Position numbers and translations under genes: made by a program. The notes under the pieces were generated by a model. That model did no database searches, was not told the DNA's origin, and saw only the letters and a program-made list of their open reading frames with translations. Below are positions 28,279-35,527 of a stretch of DNA of 57,033 nucleotides, one piece after another. This DNA is from a virus (Duplodnaviria; Caudoviricetes), in the IMG/VR virus record IMGVR_UViG_3300031785_000002, positions 1 to 57,033 of that record; one strand, given 5' to 3'. The first letter of the stretch is position 1. Each line of letters opens with the position of its first letter.

Positions 28279-28391
28279 GTTGTTGTGGTGTGCTGTGAGG
28301 TCGGAGAACAGTCACCCTAGTGTGGTAACCTCACAACTTTCTCCAGACGCACCACGCGCCTGTCAACAACAACCCACACTAGGTAACTGTT
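28279..28391 (-). ncRNA. structured element with interleaved inverted repeats (pseudoknot or switch)
   Basis: A/A' ~18-bp pairing (28374-28391 with 28307-28325) crossing B/B' pairing (28327-28370 with 28279-28302). Confidence 0.5.
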
Positions 28392-28569
28392 ATCGTTTTT
28401 TCCTGACCAGTTGAATAGTTGCTACTATCATCATTCCACATCCAGTGTACATAACAACAACACCAGCAACCACATGACCATTTGGATTTTCTACTGCACC
28501 AGTGCCAGCCATCATTACAACAAGGCCAAGCACCCAAGTGTAGCACCACATCATAAACCTAGTCATCAT
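28390..28569 (-). CDS. small two-TM membrane protein
   Basis: Two hydrophobic helices, basic C-terminus. Confidence 0.55.
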   Translation of the reverse strand: MMTRFMMWCYTWVLGLVVMMAGTGAVENPNGHVVAGVVVMYTGCGMMIVATIQLVRKKR

Positions 28570-28813
28570 ATACATTCCCCCTCATCATATCCACATGATA
28601 AGTGAACTCATCATATGTTAGCCACCTGTAAGGTGATGCGTCAATAGTGAAATCAGGCAACACAGGGTGTTGGGCATCTTTGTTTGGGTCAATGTCCTCG
28701 ACCTTGTAAACATTGTGCCATGCCTTGCGTATACCCTCGTCATCCTCATCTATATCAGGAACATACCGATAGCCGTTATATCGGTAGTTTGGTGCATTAT
28801 GCCAACTAATCAT
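28559..28813 (-). CDS. hypothetical protein
   Basis: Coupled ORF in early operon. Confidence 0.55.
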   Translation of the reverse strand: MISWHNAPNYRYNGYRYVPDIDEDDEGIRKAWHNVYKVEDIDPNKDAQHPVLPDFTIDASPYRWLTYDEFTYHVDMMRGNVYDD

Positions 28814-29012
28814 TATGGTTCTCCACATACCACTGTTTGAATTTTTGATACGCTAGAAGTTGATACGCATGGAAATGTATAAGTTCCCAATCTGCTATAG
28901 GGTCAATGCGCTCTTCAAAAATTGTTTGCATCTCAGCGTCTAGCATTACCATAATAGCGTTAGCCTCTAATGGGGATAACTTTAACGGCGCTTTATTGTT
29001 ATTCATTTTCAT
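28806..29012 (-). CDS. hypothetical protein
   Basis: AGGAG RBS, coupled ORF. Confidence 0.55.
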   Translation of the reverse strand: MKMNNNKAPLKLSPLEANAIMVMLDAEMQTIFEERIDPIADWELIHFHAYQLLAYQKFKQWYVENHND

Positions 29013-29021
29013 CTCTCCTTA

Positions 29022-29834
29022 TCAAAGTTGCTTGGTTAGGTGTGCAACAGTACGCCGTTGCAACAGTTTGTGAGCCTTGCCCAGATTGACACCGAAAGCG
29101 TGTGGAATGTCCATGCTACCAGTATACTTGCAGACTAGTGGCAACTCAGCGCTATGGTCACTGGACTGATGGGTCACCAGCCAGCCGTTCATGTCGTAGC
29201 ACTTGCCATGCTTGAACCCGACAGCTTGAACTTCAAAGGCGTTCATGCCATCTTCGTCTACATACTTAACAGAACGAGGCTTGCACCTAAGAACAAACAG
29301 TGTACCCTCTGGCGCTTTTATCAGGCCAAAGCCACGCTTACCAACAGACTTGAACCACGCTACGCCGACTGTTACGTCATTGCGTAAATTCCATTTCGTG
29401 CTTGCGTCATTGTGTTCTGCCCCAACTTCATAACCAGCGCCAATATGCAGGTCTATGCTTGTGCGTGGAAATGCGTTAGATAGCAAGTCATCAGCACGTC
29501 TTTTAGCGTATTTCCCTGCACGTTTTACAGGGGCATACTCTTCAACGCCGCCTCGCAACTCACTTCGCACATGGGCTATGCTATTGCGTAGTTCTTTTAA
29601 ATAACAGGCAAGCCCATCCCAAACATCCCTGCTACCAGTTTCCTGTCGTAGCCTTTCTTCTACTTGTGACATTTTTTCCATGAGGCCATGCTTTGCGCGA
29701 GAACTGTATTGGCCTGTTTCGCAAATCTGCCCAGCCACATCTTTTGGCATTATATCTTTCCACTGACGCTGACACTCAGCAATCTGCTGTTTAATAAATT
29801 GCATACGTCTGTGCATTTCGATTGTGTATTTCAT
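29022..29834 (-). CDS. hypothetical protein
   Basis: 270-aa ORF, GGGAG RBS. Confidence 0.65.
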   Translation of the reverse strand: MKYTIEMHRRMQFIKQQIAECQRQWKDIMPKDVAGQICETGQYSSRAKHGLMEKMSQVEERLRQETGSRDVWDGLACYLKELRNSIAHVRSELRGGVEEYAPVKRAGKYAKRRADDLLSNAFPRTSIDLHIGAGYEVGAEHNDASTKWNLRNDVTVGVAWFKSVGKRGFGLIKAPEGTLFVLRCKPRSVKYVDEDGMNAFEVQAVGFKHGKCYDMNGWLVTHQSSDHSAELPLVCKYTGSMDIPHAFGVNLGKAHKLLQRRTVAHLTKQL

Positions 29835-29835
29835 A

Positions 29836-30174
29836 CTATTTCTCCCAGTCTGAAAATTTTGGATACAATGAAATCAAAAGTTCTCTAAATGATTTCATAG
29901 TCACTCCCTTGGGCAACCATTTTGGGCGGCGCTTTCGGAATATAAAAATATCTATTGCACCAAATAAAGGAATGACTTTGCCGTCTATAAAAACTCTTTC
30001 TCTAATATCGCCACCGTTATCAATCACACTTTCTCCCCAACCCATGGGAGTGCCATAGTCAAATGTCTCTACGGTAACTGTGTAATTTTTTATAGAGCCA
30101 GTGAATGTCTCTATTGTTGGCGCGGTTTTAATAACGTGCGCGGCAAGGCCGTGGTCAATGAAATACTGTGTCAT
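29836..30174 (-). CDS. hypothetical protein
   Basis: AGGAG RBS before ATG 30174. Confidence 0.55.
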   Translation of the reverse strand: MTQYFIDHGLAAHVIKTAPTIETFTGSIKNYTVTVETFDYGTPMGWGESVIDNGGDIRERVFIDGKVIPLFGAIDIFIFRKRRPKWLPKGVTMKSFRELLISLYPKFSDWEK

Positions 30175-30208
30175 ATTTTGTCTCCTATTAGATGAAAGGG
30201 TGACGGCA

Positions 30209-31339
30209 CTATGCCGCCACCTCAATGCGTGTTGTCTCACCAAAAGGTGCGTCACTACACTGTGGGTCTGTTGATACCCACAGCACAGGATAGTCGGGCG
30301 TGTTGTCTGGAAAATCCCAGATACCCATGTCTGTCAGGTAGACCATGTTGTCTACTGGTAAATCATTCTCGCGAATGTATCTGAAGACAGGCTCTACCCT
30401 AGTGCCGCCCCTGCCATTGCACTCAATAGTGTCGATGATATCGCCCTGTTCATAGCGAACAACAGACTTGATATCAGCGTCACAAGTGATGACAGTGACA
30501 GACCGTGGCTTGTGGTCATCGGTGATATTGTTCAACTCGCCAAGGAACTGCTGTAACTCAGCGGTGCTGACAGACCCCGATGTATCAACAGCAACTACGA
30601 CATCACCCACACCAATCTTGTCAATGCTGGGCGTGTATATGCCCTGCGTATACCAGACTTTTTTGTTGGGCTTGCGAAACGTGTAGTCATCAGGCTGGTC
30701 ACCGCCAATGAAGCGATTGAACACGTCACGCCAATCAACCTTAGAGCGCCGCATTTGCTCGACTAACTCAGCGATAGCGGCTGGCAGTTTACCCATACCC
30801 TTGGCACTGGCGGCGGCAAGCATAACCCTTTGGTCAATGGTAGCCTCTACCTGACTGGCCTGAGACTTAGACAACTTCTCACCGTCATCACCCAAGCAAT
30901 CCCTCACATCACCCCATGGGCATGGTGTGGGTTGCTCAGGCTGTTCTGCAGCCAGTTGGTCATAGATGCGCTCTGCCGTCATACCCTTGAACTGCGGGTC
31001 AAACAGACCACCTTCTGGCAACTCAAAGTTACCATCCAACAGTATGTGATTGATAGCGTGGTCACAGGCAATGTTCCAGCGCTCAGGGTCACGTTCACCG
31101 CGCCGTAACATATGCTTGAATGCAACGTGCAAAACCTCATGGGCAACAACGCCGATGATTTCTTTGTCGGTGTGCTGGTCAACAAAGTCACCGTTCCATT
31201 TGATGAAGCGACCGTCAGTACACATAGTCGGCACACTGTCATCACGGTGAATATTGAGGCCAAGTGCAAGTGAGCCAAAGAATGGATTGTCTAGCACAAG
31301 GCGTGTTCTGGCTCTCGCCATTTTGGTATCTGCGTCCAT
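30209..31339 (-). CDS. DUF2201-type metallopeptidase + vWA domain protein
   Basis: PFFG, T.CTDG, HEVLH, WNIACD..IN; MIDAS DTSGS and GRGGT, YLTD. Confidence 0.9.
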   Translation of the reverse strand: MDADTKMARARTRLVLDNPFFGSLALGLNIHRDDSVPTMCTDGRFIKWNGDFVDQHTDKEIIGVVAHEVLHVAFKHMLRRGERDPERWNIACDHAINHILLDGNFELPEGGLFDPQFKGMTAERIYDQLAAEQPEQPTPCPWGDVRDCLGDDGEKLSKSQASQVEATIDQRVMLAAASAKGMGKLPAAIAELVEQMRRSKVDWRDVFNRFIGGDQPDDYTFRKPNKKVWYTQGIYTPSIDKIGVGDVVVAVDTSGSVSTAELQQFLGELNNITDDHKPRSVTVITCDADIKSVVRYEQGDIIDTIECNGRGGTRVEPVFRYIRENDLPVDNMVYLTDMGIWDFPDNTPDYPVLWVSTDPQCSDAPFGETTRIEVAA

Positions 31340-31373
31340 GTTGGAACTCCAAAAAAATTTGTACGATGGTATA

Positions 31374-31399
31374 GGTGGGGCGGCGTGAACCGCCCCATC
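31374..31399 (-). other. intergenic GC-rich hairpin
   Basis: GGTGGGGCGG-cgtgaa-CCGCCCCATC between AAA and vWA genes. Confidence 0.6.
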
Positions 31400-31404
31400 A
31401 GATG

Positions 31405-32418
31405 TTAGAGCATCAACTCTTTGCCATGCGACAACAGGAACTGGCGAAACGCCTGTGTCTGTTTGATGGCAGGGTTGCGGTTGTATGCGTCTTTGACAGC
31501 GAACACCGCGAACTCTTTGTGCGGTAGGCGTGTCAGGTATTTAATGACGTTGCCAATGTTCTTGTCATTAGCCTTGTGAGCCAAGGCGGCAGACACTGCA
31601 TAACATACAGCAGGGTCTTCACTGATAGCCGCACCGTCAGGGTCAGCAATCACTGCGTCAATGTCAGGGCAAGTATCGTGTATCCCCTTGTACCCCATGA
31701 ACTCAGCGCAAGCGCCACGTCCAACCTGACCAGCGACAGCCTCTTGTTCGTTCATTGCATCCAGACCCCATTTCATCATGGTGTCCACACGCTCCCATGA
31801 GCGAGGTGATGGGCAGGAATTGGCATCACGGTCAAACTTGTGCAGCAACTCTGGGCGAAAGCGCAGGAAGCCAGTGACCAACGGTGATACGCCAACACTG
31901 TTCATATAAGCAACAGTGTCCTCTAGGTCAGCCTCGACCTCGACAAACAACAGCCTGTCTTTGAGGTGGCTTGGCATATTGTTAGTGCCAGCCCTGTCAC
32001 TGGTACGGTTGCCAGCGCATACGATTGACCAGCCGTCAGGCAAACGATGCTCACCGATACGGCGCTCATTGACCAACTGTGCGGCAATGTTCTGATTAGC
32101 TACAGGCGCTTGCGGCAACTCATCTAAAAACAGTATGCCCTCGCCATCGGCTGGCATCCAGTCAGGCCGTAGTCGCTTCATACTGTCACCGTCAGCGACA
32201 AGCCAGCCAGCCAACTCGCCAGCATCATATTGGGCAAGTGACAGAATGTTGAGGCCAACCTCGCGCTCATTAGCGATAGTCTGAACGACTGAAGTTTTAC
32301 CCAGACCAGCACCACCGACAAGGTAGGCGATAGGGCGTTGGGCATCACGTCCATTGACGTGCTGAAGTTGGCTGTCGATTGAAGCCTCGACAATAGCTTT
32401 TGCTTGTGAAATACGCAT
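31405..32418 (-). CDS. MoxR/dynein-related AAA+ ATPase
   Basis: GGAGLGKT, LFLDE, AGNR..DRAG, PRSW. Confidence 0.9.
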   Translation of the reverse strand: MRISQAKAIVEASIDSQLQHVNGRDAQRPIAYLVGGAGLGKTSVVQTIANEREVGLNILSLAQYDAGELAGWLVADGDSMKRLRPDWMPADGEGILFLDELPQAPVANQNIAAQLVNERRIGEHRLPDGWSIVCAGNRTSDRAGTNNMPSHLKDRLLFVEVEADLEDTVAYMNSVGVSPLVTGFLRFRPELLHKFDRDANSCPSPRSWERVDTMMKWGLDAMNEQEAVAGQVGRGACAEFMGYKGIHDTCPDIDAVIADPDGAAISEDPAVCYAVSAALAHKANDKNIGNVIKYLTRLPHKEFAVFAVKDAYNRNPAIKQTQAFRQFLLSHGKELML

Positions 32419-32465
32419 AATAAAACTCCCGATGCGTTGTTGAAAAAAGGGGGGGGTAGGCCGCA

Positions 32466-33149
32466 CTAAGCGGCCTGACCTTCAAGTTGGGCAGTCATCT
32501 CATTGACTGCATCATTCTCAGCCTGAGCCTTGTCTGCCGCCTCTTGTGCGGCGGCTTCAGCCTCACGCCTTACACGCAGTGCATCTTCAAGAGCATTCTT
32601 GAACTCTTCAAGTTGGGCTTCATCAAATTCATTGGTCTTTTTACCATCTGCGTTTGTCTTCACCAGACCGCCAATGTATGCTTTGCCAGTCTTTGACGGC
32701 TTACCGACAATTTGCTGAACCAGCTTTTGTATTTTGGTCTGCTTTTTCTGACCGCCAACCAGCTTAATCAGCTTGGCTTCTGATGTAATGCCAGCGCCAG
32801 CAAAAACTTCTGCCACCATTTCTGGGGTGACATTGTTGCCGCCAATCTCCAATTCACGTCTAGCGCCGACTGCATTCTTGTGCATTTTTTCAGCCATGCT
32901 GTCAGTAAGGCCAACGTAGTTGGTCAGCATTTCTTTTACACCCTTTGATATGGTGGTTGGCAGATGACCCTTGGCGGTAAGTTTGTGATGGGCAATGCCA
33001 GCAATTAACTGACAATAGCTGTCCATCTTCAGCGCTTGGCGCTGTTCGTTTATACCCTTTGCCTCACCAGTAAGGGCTTCGTTTTGCATTTCGTTGCTTG
33101 CCATTGCGTCAAGAACGGTATCGGAAACAGTTACGATTTGATTAGTCAT
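32466..33149 (-). CDS. hypothetical early protein
   Basis: GGAG RBS before ATG 33149; directly downstream of hammerhead; stop codon in GGCCGC hairpin. Confidence 0.65.
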   Translation of the reverse strand: MTNQIVTVSDTVLDAMASNEMQNEALTGEAKGINEQRQALKMDSYCQLIAGIAHHKLTAKGHLPTTISKGVKEMLTNYVGLTDSMAEKMHKNAVGARRELEIGGNNVTPEMVAEVFAGAGITSEAKLIKLVGGQKKQTKIQKLVQQIVGKPSKTGKAYIGGLVKTNADGKKTNEFDEAQLEEFKNALEDALRVRREAEAAAQEAADKAQAENDAVNEMTAQLEGQAA

Positions 33150-33181
33150 TTGGTACTCCAAAAGATTGTTGATAAAAAGTA

Positions 33182-33248
33182 GCAGGACGCTACGACACCG
33201 CAGGGCGCGGTGTTTCGGGCGTGTCCTACGCGCCCATCATCAGGTAGC
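33182..33248 (-). ncRNA. type I hammerhead ribozyme with loop II pseudoknot
   Basis: GCUAC-CUGAUGA-U-GGGCG-cguaggaca-CGCCC-GAAA-CACCGC-gcccu-GCGGUG-UC/GUAGC-GUCCUGC; all three stems and core present. Confidence 0.9.
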
Positions 33249-33256
33249 TTTAAAAA

Positions 33257-33544
33257 TCAGTCATCTGGAAACTCCTTATCCAAGTGATTGATAATATCGT
33301 TTGGCAGATAATTACGGGCATCGTCATAGCCGATTGAAAGGTCATCTCCTGCATAGACAGACTTGCCGTCCTTTTTGATGTCAAAGATCATGTAATTGTG
33401 ACAGCCCCAGCTATCCGTCTCGACCTCATAGCCAAGGCTCTCAATAGCATCCACAACTAAATGTGTGCCGTTCCAACCATCCCCATCATCAAAGCCAAAC
33501 TTGTCGAACGCCTCTTGCCACGTCCATTCTACAATCGTTTTCAT
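33257..33544 (-). CDS. acidic hypothetical early protein
   Basis: GGAG RBS; D/E-rich 95 aa. Confidence 0.65.
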   Translation of the reverse strand: MKTIVEWTWQEAFDKFGFDDGDGWNGTHLVVDAIESLGYEVETDSWGCHNYMIFDIKKDGKSVYAGDDLSIGYDDARNYLPNDIINHLDKEFPDD

Positions 33545-33546
33545 CT

Positions 33547-33747
33547 TTATATCTCCACTTGGCCGTAGCGTTCATCATCATACGATTGTGACATTGCCTC
33601 AAGTACGGCAGGGTCAAGCATATAAGACTTCATTACTGGCTTGTTGCCATCAGCCTTTAACTTGTCCATGACCTGTACGGCCTGAGATAAAACCAGCCCA
33701 ACATATGTCAGGCCGCCATTTACATAGATGTGGAAGTATTCAGTCAT
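33547..33747 (-). CDS. hypothetical early protein
   Basis: Coupled TAATG junction. Confidence 0.55.
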   Translation of the reverse strand: MTEYFHIYVNGGLTYVGLVLSQAVQVMDKLKADGNKPVMKSYMLDPAVLEAMSQSYDDERYGQVEI

Positions 33748-33929
33748 TATTTATTTCCCTTTTCTTTAAGCATTGCCTTAACCTCAAGTGCGTCACTGTG
33801 GTCAGGGTCATAGTAAGTTGAACTGATAAACTTGCCGTTATGCTTTACCAGCAAAGGATGTTCATCACCGTATGTTGGGTGTTCATAAAATGAAACGCCA
33901 GCAATTGAGTAAAGATAAGTGGGTTGCAT
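33747..33929 (-). CDS. 60-aa hypothetical early protein (FYEHP.YGDE motif)
   Basis: AGGAG RBS then ATG 33929; the longer ORF-track call runs through structured RNA and promoter. Confidence 0.6.
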   Translation of the reverse strand: MQPTYLYSIAGVSFYEHPTYGDEHPLLVKHNGKFISSTYYDPDHSDALEVKAMLKEKGNK

Positions 33930-33932
33930 CTG

Positions 33933-33997
33933 ATATTCTCCTGTTTCGTTTGGTGTCTCTTCATAACTGGCTACCAATGCCAGCGACAGGAAAACAC
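33933..33997 (-). ncRNA. type III hammerhead-like element with variant core
   Basis: UCCUGUC/GCUGGC-auuggua-GCCAGU-UAUGAAGA-G-acaccaaa-C-GAAA-CAGGA; loop-loop UUGGU/ACCAA. Confidence 0.6.
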
Positions 33998-34042
33998 TTG
34001 TCCCTCTTAACGCTACTGCGCCAGTGTTGGGGTTCGTGTTGA

Positions 34043-34176
34043 GAGCCTTGCCAGTCGTGCCGCGATAAATCGCGCTGTTCGCCAGAACAGGTGCTGGGAC
34101 GTTTAACCCTAGAGGGTACTCAATCCGTGCGTCCTGAAGGAGGGGCGGCAGAGCCGCGCTTGCTACCAGCAGGCTC
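34043..34176 (-). ncRNA. multibranch structured RNA of unknown family
   Basis: 12-bp closing stem plus five internal helices; starts at predicted TSS. Confidence 0.6.
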
Positions 34177-34180
34177 CTTT

Positions 34181-34209
34181 TAAATAAACCATCTAAAATG
34201 TATTGTAAA
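34181..34209 (-). promoter_or_regulatory. early sigma70-like promoter
   Basis: TTTACA-N17-TATTTA with AT-rich upstream region. Confidence 0.6.
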
Positions 34210-34422
34210 CCCCTAAATGTACTATTAGTACAAAATAATTTAAAATAATTATGGGGCTTATCGACACTATATATATGCAGAAAACCCTTTTTTGGGGGTG
34301 TCGGATTATTGACGCTTAAAATGCTTAAAAATGTTGACAAAACCTAAAACGCTCACTGAGCGCTATCAGCGGCTAACCGTGTATCATTCCAAGCAAAAAT
34401 ACCTAAAACCTCTCAGTGGGGC

Positions 34423-34437
34423 TTAAAACGCCATTAA
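34423..34437 (+). promoter_or_regulatory. CtrA-like box
   Basis: TTAA-AACGCCA-TTAA (TTAA-N7-TTAA). Confidence 0.4.
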
Positions 34438-34444
34438 ACGGCAT

Positions 34445-34459
34445 GAACAAAACAAGAAC
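34445..34459. promoter_or_regulatory. alphaproteobacterial LexA-type box 1
   Basis: GAAC-AAAACAA-GAAC. Confidence 0.6.
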
Positions 34460-34490
34460 ATTGCCTGTTTAACTAAAAATAGGTTAATGA

Positions 34491-34505
34491 GAACGAAACA
34501 GGAAC
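34491..34505. promoter_or_regulatory. alphaproteobacterial LexA-type box 2
   Basis: GAAC-GAAACAG-GAAC. Confidence 0.6.
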
Positions 34506-34617
34506 AAAGTGCTGGGTGGTGGTAGCGTGTCTGGGCTGTTATATTTGTACTGGTAGTACAATTTCAAAAAGCCCGACCAAGCGATAGCGCATAGTTGCGG
34601 CACATAGGGATAGAGAG

Positions 34618-35094
34618 ATGAGTAAAGATAAAGACAAACATCCACACCTGACAATAGTGTCAGATGAAGGTGACAAGTTAACGGCTAAACAGGAACACTT
34701 CTGTCAGCTAGTCGCACAAGGTCAGACACTGACTGATGCCTATAAAACGGCATATAACGTCAAGGAAGGCACAAAGCCTTCTACAGTATGGGTAAACGCC
34801 TCAAACCTAGCGACAAAGAACACTAAGGTTACAAGTAGGATAAAGGCCATTACTGAGGAAATCACCGCACGAAAGCGGACAGACGAGGACCGCCTCAGAA
34901 TATGGGTGACTGACAGGCTCAAGGAAGAGGCAGTGTCCGGCAGTGATACGTCACGGGTCTCAGCCCTCACCCAGTTGGGAAGGTCCATAGGTATGTTTTC
35001 AGATAATGTGGTGACAGATGAAAATTCAAACAGGTCAGCGTCTGAGATTGAGGCCGATTTGCAGAGGCGTTTGGCGTTGCTAATGGGCGAGTGA
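34618..35094 (+). CDS. terS: terminase small subunit
   Basis: LTAKQEHFCQLVAQG..LTDAY..AY HTH; RVSAL..LGR.IGMF. Confidence 0.75.
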   Translation: MSKDKDKHPHLTIVSDEGDKLTAKQEHFCQLVAQGQTLTDAYKTAYNVKEGTKPSTVWVNASNLATKNTKVTSRIKAITEEITARKRTDEDRLRIWVTDRLKEEAVSGSDTSRVSALTQLGRSIGMFSDNVVTDENSNRSASEIEADLQRRLALLMGE

Positions 35095-35207
35095 CCGCCC
35101 CCTGACGAATTTGTACGAGGGTGTGACCCCACCCTACCCCCACACCCGTGATAGATGCCTGTGCTAGGCTCGTTATATACATGATGTTTTACACAACCGA
35201 TTACACT

Positions 35208-35423
35208 ATGAATTACAAACCCTGCAAAGGGGAGTGCTACTACAGAGGCCCAAGGAAGCCCGAAGAGAGCCTTTGTCTAAAATGTGGTATGACGGAGCGT
35301 GAGAAGCAGGAATGGCGCTCTATGAGCCTTGAAGCGCGTCTAGCGCTGTCGTTTGAGGTCAATGATAGGATGAACTATGCGTGGATGATGTGGGAGATAA
35401 TGGAACAGCCCACAAAACACTGA
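35208..35423 (+). CDS. DUF1289-like Cys-rich protein
   Basis: PCKGEC...CLKCGMT..E..EW. Confidence 0.55.
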   Translation: MNYKPCKGECYYRGPRKPEESLCLKCGMTEREKQEWRSMSLEARLALSFEVNDRMNYAWMMWEIMEQPTKH

Positions 35424-35527
35424 CCCCCACCCCCTTAATTTGTACTAGGATACAATTTATCTGAAACTAGCCGGGTGTTTTTCAGGATAAGTTACCTAGG
35501 ATTCCTAACCCCGTACAAATTTTACTA

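Noticed and set aside
22714-32480. Three proteins ending in -AA (possible ClpXP degrons)
   Set aside because: Explained by RBS/ATGA coupling or GCCGC hairpin stems at the stop codons; too weak to support
33930-34340. N-terminal 137 codons of the 197-aa ORF in the track
   Set aside because: Runs through promoter, structured RNA and hammerhead-like element; a strong RBS precedes ATG 33929
34469-34487. TTAA...TTAA as a second CtrA box
   Set aside because: Spacer is 11 nt, not 7
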